Positions 59,652-64,000 of a stretch of 64,000 nucleotides of DNA are shown piece after piece. The notes below the pieces were generated by a model. It had not been told where the DNA came from and searched no databases. It saw nothing but the letters and a program-made list of their open reading frames with translations. Within the stretch, counting starts at the first letter, position 1. Each line of letters starts with the position of its first letter. The DNA lies in assembly GCA_902635685.1 (NCBI GenBank), contig CACPOY010000003.1:16557-80556 (forward strand). The letters run 5' to 3'. Source of the DNA: an uncultured Pelagibacteraceae bacterium (GTDB lineage Bacteria; Pseudomonadota; Alphaproteobacteria; Pelagibacterales; Pelagibacteraceae). Made by a program: the position numbers and the translations under genes.

Positions 59652-62039
59652 ATGTTTGCCCAATTTTATCAAAATATTATTTTGAGAAATCCTAAATCAG
59701 TATTCATTATATTATTATTAGCGATATTAAGCTTTGGTAACTTCTCAAAAGATTTTCGACTAGATGCCTCGTCAGAAACTTTATTGATCGAAGGCGATCC
59801 AGATTTAGAATATTTAAGAGAAATTACTGATAGATATGGATCAAAAGAATTTTTAGTTCTAACATATACACCTAATGAGGAAATGATATCTGATAATTCA
59901 ATAAATAATTTATTGAGTTTAAAATATAAAATTCAAAGTTTAGATTGGGTTCACAGTGTTGTCACACTCTTAGACATACCACTTTTGAATAGTTCTGATG
60001 AGTCTCTACAGGAAAGATTAGAGAATTTTAAAACTCTCAAAGACGAGGGTGTTGATAGAAAAAGAGGTTTTGAAGAAATTCTAGATAGTCCTGTGTTTAG
60101 AAATTTTGTTATAAGCGAAGACGGTAAAACTAGCGGGATCATTGTAAATTTAAAAAAAAGCAAAGAACTAAAAGACATTAAAAATAAGACAAGAAAGGAA
60201 ATAGAAGACTTTAAAGATGACATAAAAAAACAAAACCATAAAAATATAATTGAAATAAGAAATGTAATTAAAAGCTATGAAAATATTGGGAAAATCTTTT
60301 TGGGTGGAATTCCAATGATTGCTGATGACATGATGACATTTATAAAAAGTGACATTATAGTTTTTGGTTTGGGTGTTTTTATATTTATTGTTTTTACCTT
60401 ATGGTTTGTATTTAGAAAATTAATTTGGATTATTGTTCCAATAAGTAGTTGTTTTTTTTCTGTCATTATAATGATGGGGATACTTGGATTGCTAAATTGG
60501 AAAGTCACAGTAATTTCATCAAACTTTATAGCTCTTATGTTAATTTTAACTATGGCAATGAATATTCATATGAGTACCCGTTTTTTACAGTTAAGAGAGA
60601 ACTTTCCTAAGAAAAATATTTTTGAACTAATTTCATTAACTACAAAGAAGATGTTTTGGCCTATTTTATATACAGTCCTTACTACAATAATTGCATTTTT
60701 ATCTTTAATATTTAGTGAAATAAAACCGATTATAGATTTTGGATGGATGATGACGTTTGGCTTAATAACTTCTTTCATAATTACTTTTACATTACTCCCT
60801 ACACTAATTAATTTTGTTCCAGAGGGAAATATTTCTTTGGATAAATATAAAGAGTCAAAAATAACTAGTTTTTTCTCCAAAATTTCACAGAATAATCAAA
60901 TAACAATTTTTATTATTACTGGAATAATAATAATTATAAGTTTAATCGGTATAAGCCGTCTAGAGGTTGAAAATAGTTTCATCAACTACTTCAATAAAAA
61001 AACTGAAATATACAAAGGAATGAAGCTAATAGATGAAAAGCTAGGTGGAACTACACCGCTAGAAGTAATTTTAAAATTTCCAAAGCAAGAAGAAGTAAAA
61101 AATGATGAAGATGATGAGTTTGAGGATTGGGAAGACAATAATGAAAATGACAAAGAGAAATATTGGTTTACTAAAGATAAAATAGATAAAATAGCTTCAG
61201 TGCACAATTATCTAGATAGTCTTCCACAGATAGGTAAAGTTTTATCTTTTTCCTCTATAATTGATGTTGCAACAATGCTTAACAATAATAAACCACTAGG
61301 AAGTTTAGAATTGGGCGTTCTGTATTCAAAGATACCTGATAATATAAAAACAGAAATTGTTGATCCGTACATCTCTATAAATGATAATGAAGCTCGAATT
61401 AGTCTAAGAATAATTGACTCACAAGAAAATTTACGAAGAAATGACTTATTAAAAAAAATTAATTACGACCTAAAAAATAAAATTGGATTAAAGGAAAATG
61501 AATTCAAACTTGCAGGTGTTTTGATCTTATTCAACAATTTACTTCAGAGTCTCTTTAAGTCCCAAATTCTAACTTTAGGTTTAGTCATGATTGGTATATT
61601 TGCAATGTTTTTAATTCTTTTTAGAAATATTAAATTATCTTTAATTGGGGTTGTGCCAAATTTTATAGCTGCATTTTTTATATTAGGTATAATCGGTCTG
61701 TTAGGAATCCCATTGGATATGATGACAATTACGATAGCTGCAATTACTATTGGTATTGCTGTAGACAATAGTATTCACTACATTTATAGATTTAAAGAGG
61801 AGTTTAATGTCTTAAGGGATTACAAATCGACTATCAAAACTTGTCATGCTACAGTTGGTAAAGCTATTTTGAACACTTCAATTACAATAGTTTTTGGTTT
61901 TTCAATATTAGTTTTATCTAAGTTTATTCCAACAATTTACTTTGGTATCTTTACAGGTCTTGCTATGTTGTTGGCGATGGTATCAGTTTTGACACTATTG
62001 CCATCATTAATACTTTTTATAAAACCTTTTGGAAAATAA
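59652..62039 (+). CDS. MMPL/RND-superfamily transporter
   Basis: Two repeats of TM, periplasmic domain, 5 TM; TT..AF.SL, IGI.VD.SIH...R, LTLLP. Confidence 0.9.
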   Translation: MFAQFYQNIILRNPKSVFIILLLAILSFGNFSKDFRLDASSETLLIEGDPDLEYLREITDRYGSKEFLVLTYTPNEEMISDNSINNLLSLKYKIQSLDWVHSVVTLLDIPLLNSSDESLQERLENFKTLKDEGVDRKRGFEEILDSPVFRNFVISEDGKTSGIIVNLKKSKELKDIKNKTRKEIEDFKDDIKKQNHKNIIEIRNVIKSYENIGKIFLGGIPMIADDMMTFIKSDIIVFGLGVFIFIVFTLWFVFRKLIWIIVPISSCFFSVIIMMGILGLLNWKVTVISSNFIALMLILTMAMNIHMSTRFLQLRENFPKKNIFELISLTTKKMFWPILYTVLTTIIAFLSLIFSEIKPIIDFGWMMTFGLITSFIITFTLLPTLINFVPEGNISLDKYKESKITSFFSKISQNNQITIFIITGIIIIISLIGISRLEVENSFINYFNKKTEIYKGMKLIDEKLGGTTPLEVILKFPKQEEVKNDEDDEFEDWEDNNENDKEKYWFTKDKIDKIASVHNYLDSLPQIGKVLSFSSIIDVATMLNNNKPLGSLELGVLYSKIPDNIKTEIVDPYISINDNEARISLRIIDSQENLRRNDLLKKINYDLKNKIGLKENEFKLAGVLILFNNLLQSLFKSQILTLGLVMIGIFAMFLILFRNIKLSLIGVVPNFIAAFFILGIIGLLGIPLDMMTITIAAITIGIAVDNSIHYIYRFKEEFNVLRDYKSTIKTCHATVGKAILNTSITIVFGFSILVLSKFIPTIYFGIFTGLAMLLAMVSVLTLLPSLILFIKPFGK

Positions 62040-62042
62040 TTA

Positions 62043-62591
62043 TTGATGATTGAAATTTTGAGGGAATTTTATAATTCCATATCAATTATAGACTTAACAT
62101 ACTTAATTTTAACAATTTTGTCTCTAGTCAAATGTTATAGGAAGGGATTTGTACTTAGTATTTTGGCAATGAGCAAATGGTTATTTGCATATATCATAAC
62201 CCTAATTATTTTCCCAAAAGCAAAACCCTACGTAAAAGATATAATTGATAGTGAATATATTTTAGATATTGTTTTAGGCCTTCTTATTTTTGTAATTATA
62301 ATATTTCTTGTATTGCTTATTAGTAAAGGGATAAGTAAAGCGATTAAGTATACAGGACTTGGAACATTAGACTCTATATTTGGATTCTTTTTTGGGTTTG
62401 TAAGATCATACATAATAGCTATTTGCCTTTTTTCAGCTATTCATATAGTCTATAATTACGATAAATGGCCGACTAATTTAAATAAATCATACATCTTTCC
62501 ATATTTAGAAAAAGGTAGTAATTATTTAATAAAAGAATTTCCTAATGAAAAAAGTTATCAAGACTCAAAAGAAAAAATTGAAGAGCTTTAA
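62043..62591 (+). CDS. cvpA: CvpA family membrane protein
   Basis: ID.......S....Y.KGF, G...LD..FG.FFG..R; directly upstream of purF. Confidence 0.9.
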   Translation: MMIEILREFYNSISIIDLTYLILTILSLVKCYRKGFVLSILAMSKWLFAYIITLIIFPKAKPYVKDIIDSEYILDIVLGLLIFVIIIFLVLLISKGISKAIKYTGLGTLDSIFGFFFGFVRSYIIAICLFSAIHIVYNYDKWPTNLNKSYIFPYLEKGSNYLIKEFPNEKSYQDSKEKIEEL

Positions 62592-64000
62592 CTCAAAATT
62601 TAAGGAGGAGTGTGGTGTATTTGGTATAAGTAATGCTAAAGATGCTTCAGCTTTAACTGCGCTTGGTCTTCATGCTCTACAGCATCGTGGACAAGAAGGA
62701 TGTGGTATAGTTAGCTTTGATGGTAAAAAATATTACTCAGAAAAAAGATTTGGTTTAGTTGGTGATAATTTTAATAAAGAAAAAGTACTAAATAATCTTA
62801 AAGGTGATTATGCAATTGGTCATAATCGATATAGTACTACTGGTAATAATACTCTTAGAAATATTCAACCTTTTTTTGCTGATACCAACGCTGGTGGTAT
62901 CGGGGTTGCTCATAACGGAAATTTAACAAATTCAATTTATTTAAGAAATAAACTAGTTGAAGATGGCGCAATATTTTATACTACCTCAGATACTGAGACT
63001 ATTGTTCAATTAATAGCTAAATCGAAAAGATCTAAAACAATTGATAAGGTTGTAGATGCAATATTTCAAATACAAGGTGGATACGCTTTAGTCATGTTAA
63101 CACAAACTTCATTAATTGGAGTGAGAGACCCTTATGGAATTAGACCGCTAGTAATAGGTAAACTAGGAACTAGCTATGTCTTAGCATCAGAGACTTGTGC
63201 TTTAGATATTATTGGAGCAAAATTTATAAGAGAGGTAGAAAATGGTGAAATTGTTTTAATAGAAAATAATCAACTATCAAGTATCAAACCTTTTCCTCCA
63301 AAAAAAATTAGACCATGCGTATTTGAATATATTTATTTTGCAAGGCCAGATAGTCTCATAAATAAAAAAACTGCTTATGAACATAGAAAAAATTTAGGAA
63401 AAGAACTTGCTAAAGAAAATGATATTGATGCGGATATCGTTGTACCCGTGCCTGACTCTGGAAATGCAGCAGCTTTGGGATTTTCTCAAAAATTAAAAAT
63501 TAATTTCGAACATGGATTAATAAGAAATCATTATGTTGGAAGAACTTTTATTGAGCCAAGTCAGAAAATTAGGAGCTTAGGTGTTAAACTCAAATTAAAT
63601 GCTAATGAAACAACAATTAAAAATAAAAAAATAATTCTGGTAGACGACTCTTTAGTTCGAGGAACAACATCTCTTAAGATTGTTAAAATGCTTTATGATG
63701 CTGGGGCAAAAGAAGTCCATGTGAGAATAGCTTGCCCAGAAATTAAATACCCAGACTTTTATGGAGTTGATACACCAACTAAAAAAGAATTATTAGCTGC
63801 AAATAAATCAAATGATGAAATTTGCGAGTATATTGGGGCTAAATCTTTAAAGTTTTTATCTATAAATGGTTTATACAGAGCTATTGGCTTTGATAAGAGA
63901 AATGAAACTTATCCTCAATTAACTGATCATTACTTCACAGGTGACTACCCAATTAAGCCTGTTGATGAACTTGGTGATAGCAAGATTACTCAGTTATCTT
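62545..64000 (+). CDS. purF: amidophosphoribosyltransferase (runs off the window end)
   Basis: Hand-translated: MKKVIK...KFKEE-CGVFG, LHALQHRGQE, GHNRYST, AHNGN, RDPYGIRPL, C.FEYIYFARPDS, VDDSLVRGTT; no stop before the window end. Confidence 0.96.
   Translation, partial: MKKVIKTQKKKLKSFNSKFKEECGVFGISNAKDASALTALGLHALQHRGQEGCGIVSFDGKKYYSEKRFGLVGDNFNKEKVLNNLKGDYAIGHNRYSTTGNNTLRNIQPFFADTNAGGIGVAHNGNLTNSIYLRNKLVEDGAIFYTTSDTETIVQLIAKSKRSKTIDKVVDAIFQIQGGYALVMLTQTSLIGVRDPYGIRPLVIGKLGTSYVLASETCALDIIGAKFIREVENGEIVLIENNQLSSIKPFPPKKIRPCVFEYIYFARPDSLINKKTAYEHRKNLGKELAKENDIDADIVVPVPDSGNAAALGFSQKLKINFEHGLIRNHYVGRTFIEPSQKIRSLGVKLKLNANETTIKNKKIILVDDSLVRGTTSLKIVKMLYDAGAKEVHVRIACPEIKYPDFYGVDTPTKKELLAANKSNDEICEYIGAKSLKFLSINGLYRAIGFDKRNETYPQLTDHYFTGDYPIKPVDELGDSKITQLS

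Noticed and set aside
1877-62413. Many 60-130 aa track ORFs antisense to or nested in recognised genes (e.g. 8731-8979, 11565-11819, 18993-19385, 29048-29404, 53349-53735, 55608-55961, 59951-61768)
   Set aside because: Shadow frames of well-supported genes, with no motifs or ribosome-binding sites.
1-64000. CRISPR arrays, tRNA/rRNA genes, riboswitches, IS elements, integrases, prophage or defence systems
   Set aside because: By eye I found no spaced repeats, cloverleafs or relevant protein motifs, and the intergenic gaps are nearly all too short. A covariance-model search (Infernal/Rfam) was not possible.

Overview
Very AT-rich, gene-dense alphaproteobacterial DNA. Gene content, gene order and minimal intergenic spacing strongly suggest SAR11 (Pelagibacteraceae); this is an inference, not a database result. 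Bases 1-16.5 kb are an accessory/metabolic region: a run of small proteins, HisN, two 2OG/Fe(II) oxygenases, azoreductase, CcdA, an FAH-family enzyme, two aldehyde dehydrogenases, a thioesterase, two methyltransferases, a GT2, a DMT transporter and YbaK. Bases 16.6-64 kb are core genome: glnA, iscR-sufBCDSU-sufT-iscA, anmK, tyrS, prfB (programmed +1 frameshift), mrcA, rne, thiGS, aroQ-accBC, an NrdJ C-terminal remnant, aspS, purMN, ndk, pepA, lptFGD-surA-pdxA-rsmA, gmk, acpP-fabG-fabD, rpsF-rpsR-rplI, dnaB, an MMPL protein, cvpA and purF. I saw no tRNA, rRNA, CRISPR, IS element or prophage. Several genes in the first ~23 kb are split by extra bases in homopolymers, probably long-read errors. 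The three most notable observations are: (1) a hidden, very Lys/Arg-rich ORF that fuses in frame to AldB if one homopolymer base is removed; (2) an unannotated ~50-aa ORF with a VETGANGTQDY motif downstream of the suf operon; (3) a stand-alone NrdJ C-terminal domain with an unrecognised N-terminus. I cannot demonstrate a wholly new multi-gene system; these are leads.
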